A stretch of DNA of 64,000 nt from Longimicrobiales bacterium (GCA_965203485.1 OZ241892.1:2112001-2176000), one strand, 5' to 3'; counted from the first letter of the stretch, positions 12,887-23,241 are shown. Notes: generated from the sequence alone by a model not told the origin. Made by a program: numbers and translations.

Positions 12887-13912
12887 TCAGACGGGGTGGA
12901 GGCCCGCGAACTCCAGGCCCGTGGTCTCGGGGAACCCGTGCATGACGTTGAACGCCTGCACGGCTTGCCCGGCGGCGCCCTTCATCAGATTGTCCAGCGC
13001 GCTGACCACGACGACCCGGTTGGTGCGGGGGTCGCGTTCGAAGCCCACGTCGCAGAAGTTGGCGCCGGCGAGAAGCTTCGGCTCCGGGTAGCGGTGGACG
13101 CCGCCGCGCTCCTTGACGATGCGGACGAACGGCTCGGTCCCGTAGGCGTCGCGGTAGAGCCGCCAGAGCGCTCGGTCGTCCATGTCCCGGTTCACGAAGA
13201 CGTGGCAGGTCGCGAGCACGCCGCGGACCATCTCGACGGCGGTGGCGGAGACGTGGACGTCGTCGAGCCCCAAGGACTGCGCGATCTCGCCGGTGTGGCG
13301 GTGCCCGGTGGGCTTGTAGGACCGCAGGGCCCCGCTGCGCTCGGGGTGGTGGCTGGCGTCGGTGGCCACGCGTCCCGCTTCGCTCGAACCGACCTTGACG
13401 TCGATCACGGCGCGGTCGGCCAGCCCCTCGCGGCACAGCGGCAGAAGCGCGAGCACGGCGGCGGTGGCGTTGCATCCGGCGCACGCCACGAGTTCCGCTT
13501 CCGGCAGGGCGTCCCTGTGCAGCTCGGCGACGCCTCCCGTGAACTGGTCCAGGAGTTCAGGCCGGGGGTGTCGCTCCCCGTACCAACGCTCGTAGGCGCC
13601 GGGAGAGGCCAAGCGAAAGTCGGCGCCCAGATCGACGACGCGGCCGGCGACCCGGCGGACTTCGTCGATCCGGCGCGAACTCTCGCCGTGCGGCAAGCAC
13701 AGAAACAGCACGTCGCACGGGTCGATCTCGTCGGCGGCGGAGAACTTGAGCCCGGAGGCGCCCCGAAGGTTCGGGTGGGCGCCGTGCGCGAACCGGCCGG
13801 CGAGGCGGTTGGACGTGACCTGCTGCACGCGCGCTTCCGGATGGCCCAGCAACAGCCGCAGCAGCTCTCCGCCCACGTAGCCCGAGGCCCCGGCGATGGA
13901 AACGCCGATCAT
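12887..13912 (-). CDS. lysY: [LysW]-phosphate reductase (LysY/ArgC)
   Basis: GASGYVGGE, DLGADFRL, catalytic GCNAT, SHHPERSG, HRHTGEI, DNLMKGAAGQAVQ. Confidence 0.92.
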   Translation of the reverse strand: MIGVSIAGASGYVGGELLRLLLGHPEARVQQVTSNRLAGRFAHGAHPNLRGASGLKFSAADEIDPCDVLFLCLPHGESSRRIDEVRRVAGRVVDLGADFRLASPGAYERWYGERHPRPELLDQFTGGVAELHRDALPEAELVACAGCNATAAVLALLPLCREGLADRAVIDVKVGSSEAGRVATDASHHPERSGALRSYKPTGHRHTGEIAQSLGLDDVHVSATAVEMVRGVLATCHVFVNRDMDDRALWRLYRDAYGTEPFVRIVKERGGVHRYPEPKLLAGANFCDVGFERDPRTNRVVVVSALDNLMKGAAGQAVQAFNVMHGFPETTGLEFAGLHPV

Positions 13913-13943
13913 CCCGCTCGCGCCAAGTCGGACGCCCCGCCGC

Positions 13944-14780
13944 TCACGGCGCCTGCGCCAGCGCGTAGGACGCGATCTCGGCGGGGATGTTCACGCCGGT
14001 GACGTCGACGCTGTTCCTGAATTCCATCGTGTAGTTGACTTCGTTGGCGAGCAGTTCGCCGTCCCTCTCCAGCAGATCGACCGCCAGCACGCCGCCGCCC
14101 ACGGCCGCCGCGGCCTGAATGGAGACGGCTCCGATCTCGGCGGTCACCGGACAGTTGGAGGTCCGCCCGCCCCGCGCCGTATTGGTGATCCAGTGGTCGG
14201 ACGCGCGGTAGACCGCCGCGACGCACTCGTCGCCCACCACGAAGCTGCGGATGTCGCGCCCCCGCTTCCTCACGTACTCCTGCACGAAGAAGATCGAGTG
14301 ATGGTAGGTCCCCAAGACCGCCTTGTGCTCGAGCACCGTCTCCGCCGCATCGCGGTCGTTGATCTTGGAAAGCAGCCGCCCCCAGGAGCCGACCGCCGGC
14401 TTCAGCACTACCGGATACCCGAGCTCTTCGATCGCCCGGAGCGCCGACTCCGGCGTGAACGCCACCCGCCACCTCGGCTGCGGGACGCCGGCCTCCGCCA
14501 GGGCCGTGGCCGTCAGGATCTTGTCGCCGCATCGTCGCGCCACGTCGTAGCGGTTGACGCAACGCGCACCCACGCTCTCGAACAGGCGCAGCGCATGCAT
14601 CGCCCGCGAGTGGTTGATGCAGCGCTCGAGCACCAGATCGAAGTCCGGCGGCGAGCCCAGTCCGAAGACCAGCCGCCGGTCGTCCAAGCGCACCAGCTCG
14701 ACGCCCGGGCGGCCCTTCAGCTCGGCAAGGATGAGCTTCTCGTCCTTGCGGATCAGCGAATGCAGGAAGCCGACCCTCAC
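13944..14780 (-). CDS. lysX: LysX ATP-grasp ligase (RimK family)
   Basis: [30 protein letters not shown] (the LysX-type signature), [14 protein letters not shown] start at 14780. Confidence 0.92.
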   Translation of the reverse strand: MRVGFLHSLIRKDEKLILAELKGRPGVELVRLDDRRLVFGLGSPPDFDLVLERCINHSRAMHALRLFESVGARCVNRYDVARRCGDKILTATALAEAGVPQPRWRVAFTPESALRAIEELGYPVVLKPAVGSWGRLLSKINDRDAAETVLEHKAVLGTYHHSIFFVQEYVRKRGRDIRSFVVGDECVAAVYRASDHWITNTARGGRTSNCPVTAEIGAVSIQAAAAVGGGVLAVDLLERDGELLANEVNYTMEFRNSVDVTGVNIPAEIASYALAQAP

Positions 14781-14874
14781 GCGGCCGCCTCCGGGCCGAC
14801 GGCCGCCCGCCCCAGTCCTCCCCGGCAAGGAGCGCCGCCGCGCCGCCGGGCGAAGCACGCGCCAGTCCCGGCGG

Positions 14875-15039
14875 TCACTCGCCCCAGTCCTCTTCCGCGT
14901 CGGGGGCTTCGGCCAGCGCCGGCGGGTCGAGCGAAAGAACCTCCAGCTCGCATCCGCACTCCGGGCATTCGAGGAGCTCGCCCTCCACCGCGTCTTGCTC
15001 CAGTTGGACCTGCGCTCCGCACACCGGACATTCCGCCAT
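14875..15039 (-). CDS. lysW: Amino-group carrier protein LysW (54 aa)
   Basis: Missed by the ORF track. [54 protein letters not shown]: two CxxC and the terminal EDWGE; AGGAGAGG RBS upstream. Confidence 0.97.
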   Translation of the reverse strand: MAECPVCGAQVQLEQDAVEGELLECPECGCELEVLSLDPPALAEAPDAEEDWGE

Positions 15040-15223
15040 GCCTGCTCGCCTCTCCTAGTTGGGTCTCGACGTCTGGGGGGCGGAAAATCTAGGACAAGCG
15101 ACGGCAACGGCGGGCGCAACCGCACCGCCGACCTGGAGCGAGGAAAGCGACCCTTGTTGAGAGAGTTCCGCGCCCGTACCTTGAGCGTCGCCGACATGCG
15201 GGAACGGTCGGCATACCCCGGCC

Positions 15224-16390
15224 ATGGCCACGGTACGGCCGAACATGAAGAACGATTTTCATCCCTGCACCTTCGCGTCGCCCTTCCTGTGGATGCGCCT
15301 CGTCTGGGAAAACGGCGGCATTCCGCGCCGGTACTGGCGGAAATTCGCGGGCATCCTTGCTTGGTCCGCGCCGTTGGCCCCGTTGCGGCTGGCCGAGTGG
15401 TTGGCGTTCTCGCGGAAGATCGCCAGGACGCCCGTCGACGAGCCGCCGCTCTTCGTCCTGGGCTTCCCGCGCACCGGCTCGACGCACTTGCAGAACTTGC
15501 TCGCCCAGGATCCGCGCTGGGGCTGCTTCACGACCTTTCAGTGCGTGACGGCGCCGTTCTCGTTCGTGGCGCGCGGCCGCCTCAGGCGGCTGATGGAGAA
15601 GGCTATGGCGGCCGCCGGCGAGCAGACCCGGCCGATGGACAACGTCAAGATCACGCTGGACTCGCCGCAGGAGGAGGACGTCGCCGTCGCCGCCATGTCG
15701 CGGCTGTCGGCCGTGCACCAGCTGGCGTTCCCCAAGCGGGGTCGGGAGCTGCTGGCCAAGTACGTGATGATGGGCGCAGGGCCGGACGGGTCTCCCAACG
15801 GCAGCCTGTCGGCGCGAGAGCTACGCCAGTGGGAGCGCGTCTACGTCCGCGAGGTGCGAAAGGTGGTCCTCCACTCCGGCGGCAAGCCCCCGATGCTGCG
15901 CAACACGCTCAACATCGCCCGCTCCGACCACCTGTCGCGCCTCTTCCCGGGCGCCAAGTTCCTCCACATCGTCCGCAATCCGTACGCCGTCTACCCCTCG
16001 GTGCTGCACCTCGCGCGCACGCTGCTGCCGCTGTACCAGCTCGACGACTACGACTGGGACGAAGTGGAGCAGCACTGGATCGACGGGTACAAGCTCCTGA
16101 TGTCCAAGTACATGCGAGACCGCGAGCAGATTCCGGACGGCCACTTCGCCGAGGTGCGCTACGAGGACTTGGACCGCGATCCGCTGGGCGAGCTCGGGCG
16201 GGTGTACGAGGAGCTGGAGCTGCCCGGCTGGCGCGTCGCCCGCGAACGCATCGAGGCGTACCTGGAGACGCTGTCGGGCTACCGCAAGAACCGCTTCACG
16301 CTGCCGCAAGCGACGATCGACCGCATAAGCGACGAATGGGGGTTCGCGGTGGACGCCTGGGCCTACGAGCCGCCGGCGGCGGACGGATGA
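15224..16390 (+). CDS. PAPS-dependent sulfotransferase, Stf3 (Rv2267c)-like
   Basis: 5'-PSB loop [16 protein letters not shown], 3'-[25 protein letters not shown]. Start may be 15245. Confidence 0.88.
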   Translation: MATVRPNMKNDFHPCTFASPFLWMRLVWENGGIPRRYWRKFAGILAWSAPLAPLRLAEWLAFSRKIARTPVDEPPLFVLGFPRTGSTHLQNLLAQDPRWGCFTTFQCVTAPFSFVARGRLRRLMEKAMAAAGEQTRPMDNVKITLDSPQEEDVAVAAMSRLSAVHQLAFPKRGRELLAKYVMMGAGPDGSPNGSLSARELRQWERVYVREVRKVVLHSGGKPPMLRNTLNIARSDHLSRLFPGAKFLHIVRNPYAVYPSVLHLARTLLPLYQLDDYDWDEVEQHWIDGYKLLMSKYMRDREQIPDGHFAEVRYEDLDRDPLGELGRVYEELELPGWRVARERIEAYLETLSGYRKNRFTLPQATIDRISDEWGFAVDAWAYEPPAADG

Positions 16391-16418
16391 GGCTCTTCGG
16401 CGGACACGGACAGCCGGC

Positions 16419-18401
16419 GTGCTGAGGTTCGCCGAGGAGTTGCTGCTCCTCCTCATCGACGAGGACTCCGGCAACTTGGCGCTCGTGCCCGAGCGCGACT
16501 TGAACCACGCGCTGGCCGGCGCCGCGCTCATGGACCTGGCGCACGAGAACCGGATCGACACGGACCTGCAGCAGCTGACGGTGGTCGATCCCGCGCCGCT
16601 GGGCGACGACGTGCTGGACCCGGTGCTGGCCCGCTTGGCGAAGAGCGCCGAGCCGCGCGCGCCCGAGTACTGGGTGCGGCGCTTCGCGCAGGACGGCGAG
16701 CGCATCCGGGCGTCGTCCCTGCAGCGGCTGGTCGAGGCCGGGATCCTGCGTTCCGCCGACGAGGGCGCGATCGAGACGACGACCAAGGTGGCACGAGCAA
16801 GACGCTACCCGACAGCGGACGGCAAGGCGGAGCAGGAGGTGCGCCTGCGCATCATGGGCGTGCTCTTCAGCGACGACGTGCCCGGGCCCCGCGACGTGGT
16901 GATCATCTGCTTGGCCGACGCCTGCGGCGTCTTCGAGGGCATGCTCGCCAAGGAGGAGCTCGCCGAGGCGCGGGAGCGCATCGATCTGGTGCGCCGTCTC
17001 GACCTGATCGGCCAAGCCGTGACCCGGGCCGTGCGCGATTCCGAGGCGGAGGCCAAGGAGACCCGTCGCCCCCCCCGGTCGAAGAAGCCGCCGATGGCCA
17101 AGGGCCTGCCGTTTGTCGGCAACGTCCGCGAAGCGTCGATCGACTTGGTGCGCTTCCTGGCCGCGCAGCACTTGGAGCTCGGCCCCGTGTTCGAGGTTCG
17201 CATTCTTCGCAGGACGCTTCTCGTGCTGGCGGGCGAGGAAGCGAACCGCTTCGTGAACCGCCAGGGACGGCGCTGCTTCAGCTCGCGAGGGCCGTTTCAG
17301 GGCCTTGCCGAGGGCCTCAATGCGCACAGGATCGTGCTGAACATGGAGGGGCAGGAGCACTTCGCGATCCGCAAGGCGTTCGCCCCTGCGCTGGGCCGCG
17401 CCCGGTTCAACCAGTGCTTCGACTTGGCCAGCGAAGTCGCCCACCGGCAAGTCGTCGCCCTGCCGGTGGGCACGCCCCTGCATCCCTTGCCGTTCCTGCA
17501 GCAGGTCGTCGCCGAGCAGATGGGAAGGATTCTGGCGAACCGGTCGGCCTCCGAACAGGTCGAGGACATGGCGACGATGCTCGACATCCTGTTGAAGACC
17601 AAGGTGACCAAGCAGCTGCCGATGCTGCCCTTCGCGCGCAAGTTCAAGAAGGCGAGCGAGCGCGTGGAGACCGTTGCCCAAGAAATCCTCGATGCCCACG
17701 GGCCGGACGGGCCGCTGCACGACTGCGGCGACTTCATCAGCGACTTGATCGACCTGAACCGCCGGGACCCGCAACTCATACCCGAGACCGACATGAGGGC
17801 CTGGGCGATCGCTCCCTATCTCGCGGGACTGGAGACCGTGGCCAACACTTGCGCCTTCAACCTATACGCCGTGCTGAAGCACCCGGAGCTGAAGGAACGA
17901 GTCGTCGCGGAAGCCGACGCGTTCTTCTCCGGCGAGCCCGCGGCCGAGGGATTGGCGCAACTGGACGTCACGCGTCGCCTGATCATGGAATCGATGCGCA
18001 TGTGGCCGGCGGCCCCGGTGCTCTTCCGGGTCGCGGCCAACTCCTTCGACTTCGCTGGCTACCACGTGCGTGCGGGCACGCCCATGTTCCTTCCGCAGGC
18101 GGCGACCCACCACTTGCCCGAGAACTTCCCCGATCCCGGGCGCTTCGACATCGACCGGTACCTGCCGGACCGCTCCGAGCACCGGCAACCGAATGCCTAC
18201 GTCCCCTACGGCGTAGGCACGCACCGTTGCCTGGGCGCCAGCTTCGCCGATCTCCAGACAATGCTCATCCTGGCCGTCATGATGCGCGCGGCGGACATGG
18301 AGCTCTACCCGCGCGGCTACGATCTCAAGGTGAGCAACGTGCCGACGCCGAGGCCCGCGAAGAACTTCAAGGTCAGGGTGACGAGGCGGCGGGAGGCGTA
18401 A
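16419..18401 (+). CDS. GPP34 (GOLPH3/Vps74-like) domain fused to cytochrome P450
   Basis: Residues ~1-210: AEELLLLLIDEDSG..ALAGAALMDLA..RI..D.VLD..L..LVEAGIL (GPP34-like). Remainder: I-helix AGLETVA, ExxR (ESMR), FDIDRY, heme ligand PYGVGTHRCLG. Confidence 0.85.
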   Translation: MLRFAEELLLLLIDEDSGNLALVPERDLNHALAGAALMDLAHENRIDTDLQQLTVVDPAPLGDDVLDPVLARLAKSAEPRAPEYWVRRFAQDGERIRASSLQRLVEAGILRSADEGAIETTTKVARARRYPTADGKAEQEVRLRIMGVLFSDDVPGPRDVVIICLADACGVFEGMLAKEELAEARERIDLVRRLDLIGQAVTRAVRDSEAEAKETRRPPRSKKPPMAKGLPFVGNVREASIDLVRFLAAQHLELGPVFEVRILRRTLLVLAGEEANRFVNRQGRRCFSSRGPFQGLAEGLNAHRIVLNMEGQEHFAIRKAFAPALGRARFNQCFDLASEVAHRQVVALPVGTPLHPLPFLQQVVAEQMGRILANRSASEQVEDMATMLDILLKTKVTKQLPMLPFARKFKKASERVETVAQEILDAHGPDGPLHDCGDFISDLIDLNRRDPQLIPETDMRAWAIAPYLAGLETVANTCAFNLYAVLKHPELKERVVAEADAFFSGEPAAEGLAQLDVTRRLIMESMRMWPAAPVLFRVAANSFDFAGYHVRAGTPMFLPQAATHHLPENFPDPGRFDIDRYLPDRSEHRQPNAYVPYGVGTHRCLGASFADLQTMLILAVMMRAADMELYPRGYDLKVSNVPTPRPAKNFKVRVTRRREA

Positions 18402-18452
18402 CGCGCAAGTTGCGACTCGCCGGGTCGGCAAGTACGACGCGCCGGTAGCGCC

Positions 18453-19235
18453 TTGACCGCTCTCGCCAGCCTGACGCCCAGTTCCGCCCTGCGGCGCGCC
18501 GGGTTCCGATTCGGGGATCGCGGAACCCAGTCGAGCCGCAACACGATGCTGGGCGAGTTGCGCGTGCTGTTCGACGCGCTTTCGCCCGACGCAAGCCGCA
18601 CGGACTATGCCGATGCGATGGTTGGCGAAAACGTGTTGGGCAAGCCGACCCTGGCCGCCCGGCGGAGCGTCCGCCAGCGTCTGACCGAGCTGTACGGCCT
18701 GGACCCGAGCCTGCCGTTGTTCCGCGTGTTGCGGCGGCTGTGGGACGCGGACCCGCCGGGACGGCCGCTCCTGGCCATGCTCTGCGCGCTGGCCCGGGAC
18801 CCGTTGTTGCGCTTGACCGCGCCGCCGGTGCTCGGACTGGCCCAAGGGAAGCCGTTGGAGCGATCGGCATTTCTGGCGCACGTCCGGGAAGTGGCCGGTT
18901 CGCGATTCAACGACGCGGTGCTGGCCAAGGTGGCGGCGAACGCGATCCGCTCCTGGCAACTGGCCGGACATTTGAGCGGACGCGCGGGACATCGCACGAG
19001 GCAGATGATCCAGCCCACGCCCGGCGCCGCTGCGTTCGCCTTGTGGATGGGTCAGGCGGAGGGGCTGGCGGGGCTTCCGCTGCTGGACTGCCGGTGGGCG
19101 CCGGTGTTGGACGTTCGGGGCAAGGCTATGCTTGTATGGGCGGTGGAGGCGGGCAGACGGGGGCTGATTCACGTTCGAGCGGCGGGAGACGTCGTGGAAA
19201 TCGACACCACGAAGCTGGACGCGTACGCGCCGTGA
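18453..19235 (+). CDS. brxA: BrxA-like protein, first gene of BREX locus
   Basis: Position before brxB/brxC with GTGA overlap; ENVLGKPT..R..RLTELYGLD pattern of BREX first genes. TTG start uncertain. Confidence 0.6.
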   Translation: MTALASLTPSSALRRAGFRFGDRGTQSSRNTMLGELRVLFDALSPDASRTDYADAMVGENVLGKPTLAARRSVRQRLTELYGLDPSLPLFRVLRRLWDADPPGRPLLAMLCALARDPLLRLTAPPVLGLAQGKPLERSAFLAHVREVAGSRFNDAVLAKVAANAIRSWQLAGHLSGRAGHRTRQMIQPTPGAAAFALWMGQAEGLAGLPLLDCRWAPVLDVRGKAMLVWAVEAGRRGLIHVRAAGDVVEIDTTKLDAYAP

Positions 19236-19783
19236 GCCAGGTCCGCGACTTGGCCGCGGTCTACAAGCGGCACGTGAGCGCGCCGTGGCCGCGCACGCTC
19301 GCAGGCGCGCAACGCGTAATGATGATCGTGTATCCCAAGGACCGCGAGCGGGCGTTGCGGGCGGCCGTCGGCGAATTCGAGCAAGCCACGGAGGGCGCGG
19401 GCCACGGATGGCGGCTTGTCGATTGCACCGATTGGTTCGCCGAGTGGATGGCTGGGCACGAGTACCGAGAACCGTACTTCGAGGAACCGGAGCTGCTGGA
19501 CGACGCATTGCTGGACCAGGAGTTCCGCAAGGTCGCGTCGGCCCGCTTGGAGAGCGCCTTGAAGGGCGCCGGCGAGAAGACGGTCGTCGGGCTCGTCGGC
19601 GTGGCATCGCTGTACGGCTTCGTGCGCGTGTCGAAGCTGATCCACGACGTCGAGCGGTCCATCGAGGGACGCTTGGCCGTCTTCTTTCCCGGCAGCAAGG
19701 ACGGGAACAACTATCGCCTGCTGGACGCCCGGGACGGCTGGAACTACTTGGCCCAGCCGATCACGCTGGAGGGATGGCCATGA
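19232..19783 (+). CDS. brxB: BrxB (DUF1788 family)
   Basis: GRLAVFFPG..NNYRLLDARDGWNYLA C-terminus; overlaps both neighbours. Confidence 0.85.
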   Translation: MSQVRDLAAVYKRHVSAPWPRTLAGAQRVMMIVYPKDRERALRAAVGEFEQATEGAGHGWRLVDCTDWFAEWMAGHEYREPYFEEPELLDDALLDQEFRKVASARLESALKGAGEKTVVGLVGVASLYGFVRVSKLIHDVERSIEGRLAVFFPGSKDGNNYRLLDARDGWNYLAQPITLEGWP

Positions 19784-22700
19784 GCTCCCCGAAGATCTTC
19801 GAGCTGATGGAACGCGATCCGCGCTCCGAGCAGCTGGCCAACAACGGCCAAGCGCGAATCGCCGGCGACAGCGACGACGAACGCGTGGAACTTCGAGCCG
19901 AGCTGGAGTCCTTCGTGTGCTGCGGCAAGTTCGCCGACGCGTTCGAGACGGTCCTGGACAGGTACTTGGCGAACCTGGGCGCCGCGTCCCGGCAGGACTC
20001 GGTCTGGGTGAGCGGCTTCTTCGGCAGCGGCAAGTCCCACTTGCTGAAGATGCTCGCTCACCTCTGGGCGAACACGCGCTTCGACGACGGCGCGGCGGCC
20101 CGGTCGCTGGTGCCGGGCGGATTGCCTTCGCGCATCCAGGAACAGCTTCGCGAGCTGGAGGTGCAGGCAAAGCGAACTGGCGGCCCGACCGTCGCCGCGG
20201 CCGGCACCATGCTCAGCGGCGCCGCCGACCGGGTTCGGCTGGCGGTTCTGGCCGTCATCCTGCGAGCCCGCGAATGGCCCGAGGACTACGCCCAAGCTCG
20301 GTTCTGCTTCTGGTTGCGCGACGAGGGGCTGCTGGACGATGTCCGGAGCGCAGTGGAGGACGCCGGCAAGGACTGGGGCCGCGAACTCGCCAATCTATAC
20401 GTGAGTCCGGTCGTCGCGGACGCCTTGATCAGGGCGCGCCCCGACTTCGCTGCGGACGCGAGGGCGGCCAAGCAACTGCTGCGCGCGCAATTCGCCCGCC
20501 CGGCAACCGACATCGGAACGGCCGACTTCGTGGCCATGGCCAAGCAGGCGCTCGGGGACCCCGGCGGCCCGCTCCCCCTCGCGATTCTCGTGCTGGACGA
20601 AGTGCAGCAGTACATCGGCGACTCCAGCGACCACGCCGTGGCGGTCACCGAGGTCGCGGAGGCCGTCCAGACCCAGTTCAACGGCCGGTTGCTGCTCGTG
20701 GCGGCGGGCCAGTCCGCGCTCGAAGGGCACCCCTCGCTCCAGTGGCTGAGAGATCGCTTCCGAATCACCGTTCAGCTCTCGGACGCCGAAGTCGAAGAGG
20801 TCACCCGCGAAGTGTTGTTGCGAAAGAAGCCCAGCGCCGCCGCGCCGATCGAGCGCATGTTCGAGGAGCACGCCGGCGAGGTGTCGCGCCAGCTGCAGGG
20901 CACCAAGCTCGGCGTTTCGAGCGAGGACCAGGGCGCCGACGTCGCCGACTATCCCCTCCTTCGAACCCGCCGCCGGTTTTGGGAGGCCTGCTTCCGAGCC
21001 GTGGCCGGCACGCACAGCGAGCTCCGTTCGCAACTGCGCATCCTGCACGACTCGCTGCAACGGATCGCCGACCGAGGCTTGGGGGCGGTCATTCCCGCCA
21101 GCGACCTGTTCGGCGCCCTGACGACCGACTTGGTGAACTCGGGCGTGCTGCTCAACGAAATCGCCACCCGCATCGCCACGCTCGACGACGACACCGACGA
21201 CGGCCGACTTCGACACAACCTTGCCGGGGTCGCCTTCCTCGTCGGCAAGCTGCCCCGCGAGCGCGCCGTGGACCTCGGAGTCCGCGCCGACGCGCGCACG
21301 CTGGCGGACCTGCTCGTCGACGACGTCGCGGCGGACTCCGGCGTCTTCCGCAAGCGCGTGCAGGACGCCTTGGACGCGATGGCGCAGCAAGGCGTCCTGT
21401 TGAAGGTCGCCGACGAGTACCGCATCCAGACCACCGCGGGCGCCGAGTGGGAACGGGCGCTTCGAGAGAGGCGCACTGCCCTCGAACGGGACGAAGGGCA
21501 CATTTCGCTGACGCGCCAAAGTCTGCTGTCCGGAGCCGTCGGCGCCTTGGTCGCGCAGATTCGCTTGCCGCACGGCGAGTCCAAGACCAATCGCAAGCTG
21601 GTCCTCCAAGTCGACACGCTGGGCGAAGACGCGCCCGGCGACACCATTCCCGTGTTGCTCCGCGACGAGTGGTCGTGCAGCGAGCAGGAAGCGAAGAACG
21701 ATGCCCGAAGGCGTGGCATGGAGGATCCGGTCCTGCACGTCTTCCTGCCCAAGCGCAACGCCGACGACCTGCGCCGCCGCATCGTCGAAACCGAAGCGGC
21801 CCGGCAAGTGCTGGACGAGAAGGGCCGCCAGTCCTCGGCGGAAGGCCGCGAAGCGCGCGACGCCATGAAGAGCCGCCGTGCCGGCGCGGAGGCCCGCCGC
21901 GACCACCTCGTCCAGATCACGCTCGCGTCCGCCCGCGTGCTCCAAGGCGGAGGAACCGAGGTCTTTGCCGGAGGCGACCTGAAGGCCAAGATCGAGCACG
22001 GCGCGAAGGCGTCGCTGGCTCGCTTGTTCCCCCGCTTCCCAGAGGCCGACCACCGAGCCTGGGGCGTTGCCCTGAAGCGAGCGCAGGAGGGGTCCGACAC
22101 GCCGTTTCAGGCCGTGGACTGGGACGGTCCGCTAGCCCGCCATCCGGTGGCCAAGGAAGCGCTCGCCGCAGTTGCGACGGGCAGGCGAGGCAACGAGGTC
22201 CGCAAGGCGTTGGCGCGGCCTCCGTTCGGTTGGCCCCGAGACGCCGTGGACGCGGCCTTGGTCGCGCTTCACGGTCTCGGCCAGCTGGCGGCCACCCGCA
22301 ACGGCGCACCTGTGCGGCGCCTGGACCAGACGGGAATCGCGACGACCGTGTTCCGCCCCGAAACGGTCGTCCTCGACGCCAGCCAGCGGATTGCGTTGCG
22401 GGGGCTCTTCCAAAAGGCGGGCGTGGCCTCCCGATCCGGCGAGGAGACGGTAGGAGCCCGGCAGTTCCTCGACGCCTTGCGGACGCTGGCCGCAAAGGCC
22501 GGGGGCGACGCGCCGTTGCCCGCCCCGCCCGACACGGCGTTGCTCGACGAGATTGGTCGGCTGGACGGCAACGAGCAACTGGCCGAGCTCTTCGAGGCGC
22601 GAGAGGGGCTGATCGCGGACATCGAGCAGTGGGAGGGACTCGCCCGGCGTGCTCGGACGCGGACGCCCGCTTGGGACATGGCCGTCGCGCTTCGCCGACA

Positions 22701-23241
22701 CGCTACCGGACTGCCGATCGCGGAGGACGTCGGCGCCGAACTCGACGCCATCGCCGAACGGCGGTCGCTGTTGGACGAGATGGACCCCGTGTCGCCGTGC
22801 GTCGCAAAGCTGGCCAAGGCGCTTCGCGAGGCGCTGGGCAAGGCGCGGGACGGATTGGCCGAGGCCGTCGCCGACGCCACCGCCCGGCTCGACGCCGACC
22901 GTGCCTGGTCCGAGTTGGACGACGCAGATCGCGCGGCCATATTGTCGGATGTCGCCTTGGCCACCCCCGTACCGCTCGCCGTAGAGACCGACCCGGCGTT
23001 GCGGCGGGAACTGGACAGGCGCAACTTCGCCGCTTGGCGCGCGGAGACCGACGCCGTCTCGTCCCGAGAAGCCGAGGCGCTGGAAGCGGCAACGGCCCGT
23101 CACGGAGAAGGCAACGTACCCGTCGCGGTCGCTGTCCGCCGAGCCACTCTCGCGAACGAGACCGACGTGCGCCGCTGGCTCGACGAGCACGAGACGAAGC
23201 TGATGGAGGCGGTCAAGAAAGGAACGGTGGTGGTGAAATGA
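19780..23241 (+). CDS. brxC: BREX P-loop ATPase BrxC
   Basis: WVSGFFGSGKSH Walker A, LVLDEVQQY Walker B, DYPLL, PPFGWPRDAVD; ATG 19780. Confidence 0.92.
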   Translation: MSSPKIFELMERDPRSEQLANNGQARIAGDSDDERVELRAELESFVCCGKFADAFETVLDRYLANLGAASRQDSVWVSGFFGSGKSHLLKMLAHLWANTRFDDGAAARSLVPGGLPSRIQEQLRELEVQAKRTGGPTVAAAGTMLSGAADRVRLAVLAVILRAREWPEDYAQARFCFWLRDEGLLDDVRSAVEDAGKDWGRELANLYVSPVVADALIRARPDFAADARAAKQLLRAQFARPATDIGTADFVAMAKQALGDPGGPLPLAILVLDEVQQYIGDSSDHAVAVTEVAEAVQTQFNGRLLLVAAGQSALEGHPSLQWLRDRFRITVQLSDAEVEEVTREVLLRKKPSAAAPIERMFEEHAGEVSRQLQGTKLGVSSEDQGADVADYPLLRTRRRFWEACFRAVAGTHSELRSQLRILHDSLQRIADRGLGAVIPASDLFGALTTDLVNSGVLLNEIATRIATLDDDTDDGRLRHNLAGVAFLVGKLPRERAVDLGVRADARTLADLLVDDVAADSGVFRKRVQDALDAMAQQGVLLKVADEYRIQTTAGAEWERALRERRTALERDEGHISLTRQSLLSGAVGALVAQIRLPHGESKTNRKLVLQVDTLGEDAPGDTIPVLLRDEWSCSEQEAKNDARRRGMEDPVLHVFLPKRNADDLRRRIVETEAARQVLDEKGRQSSAEGREARDAMKSRRAGAEARRDHLVQITLASARVLQGGGTEVFAGGDLKAKIEHGAKASLARLFPRFPEADHRAWGVALKRAQEGSDTPFQAVDWDGPLARHPVAKEALAAVATGRRGNEVRKALARPPFGWPRDAVDAALVALHGLGQLAATRNGAPVRRLDQTGIATTVFRPETVVLDASQRIALRGLFQKAGVASRSGEETVGARQFLDALRTLAAKAGGDAPLPAPPDTALLDEIGRLDGNEQLAELFEAREGLIADIEQWEGLARRARTRTPAWDMAVALRRHATGLPIAEDVGAELDAIAERRSLLDEMDPVSPCVAKLAKALREALGKARDGLAEAVADATARLDADRAWSELDDADRAAILSDVALATPVPLAVETDPALRRELDRRNFAAWRAETDAVSSREAEALEAATARHGEGNVPVAVAVRRATLANETDVRRWLDEHETKLMEAVKKGTVVVK

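Noticed and set aside
14777..15031. 84-aa ORF over the lysW region
   Set aside because: Wrong frame; the frame from ATG 15039 gives a canonical LysW.
19917..23237. 5' part of the 1367-aa ORF 19917-24020
   Set aside because: Arg/Gly-rich off-frame read of brxC; the real gene starts at ATG 23238.
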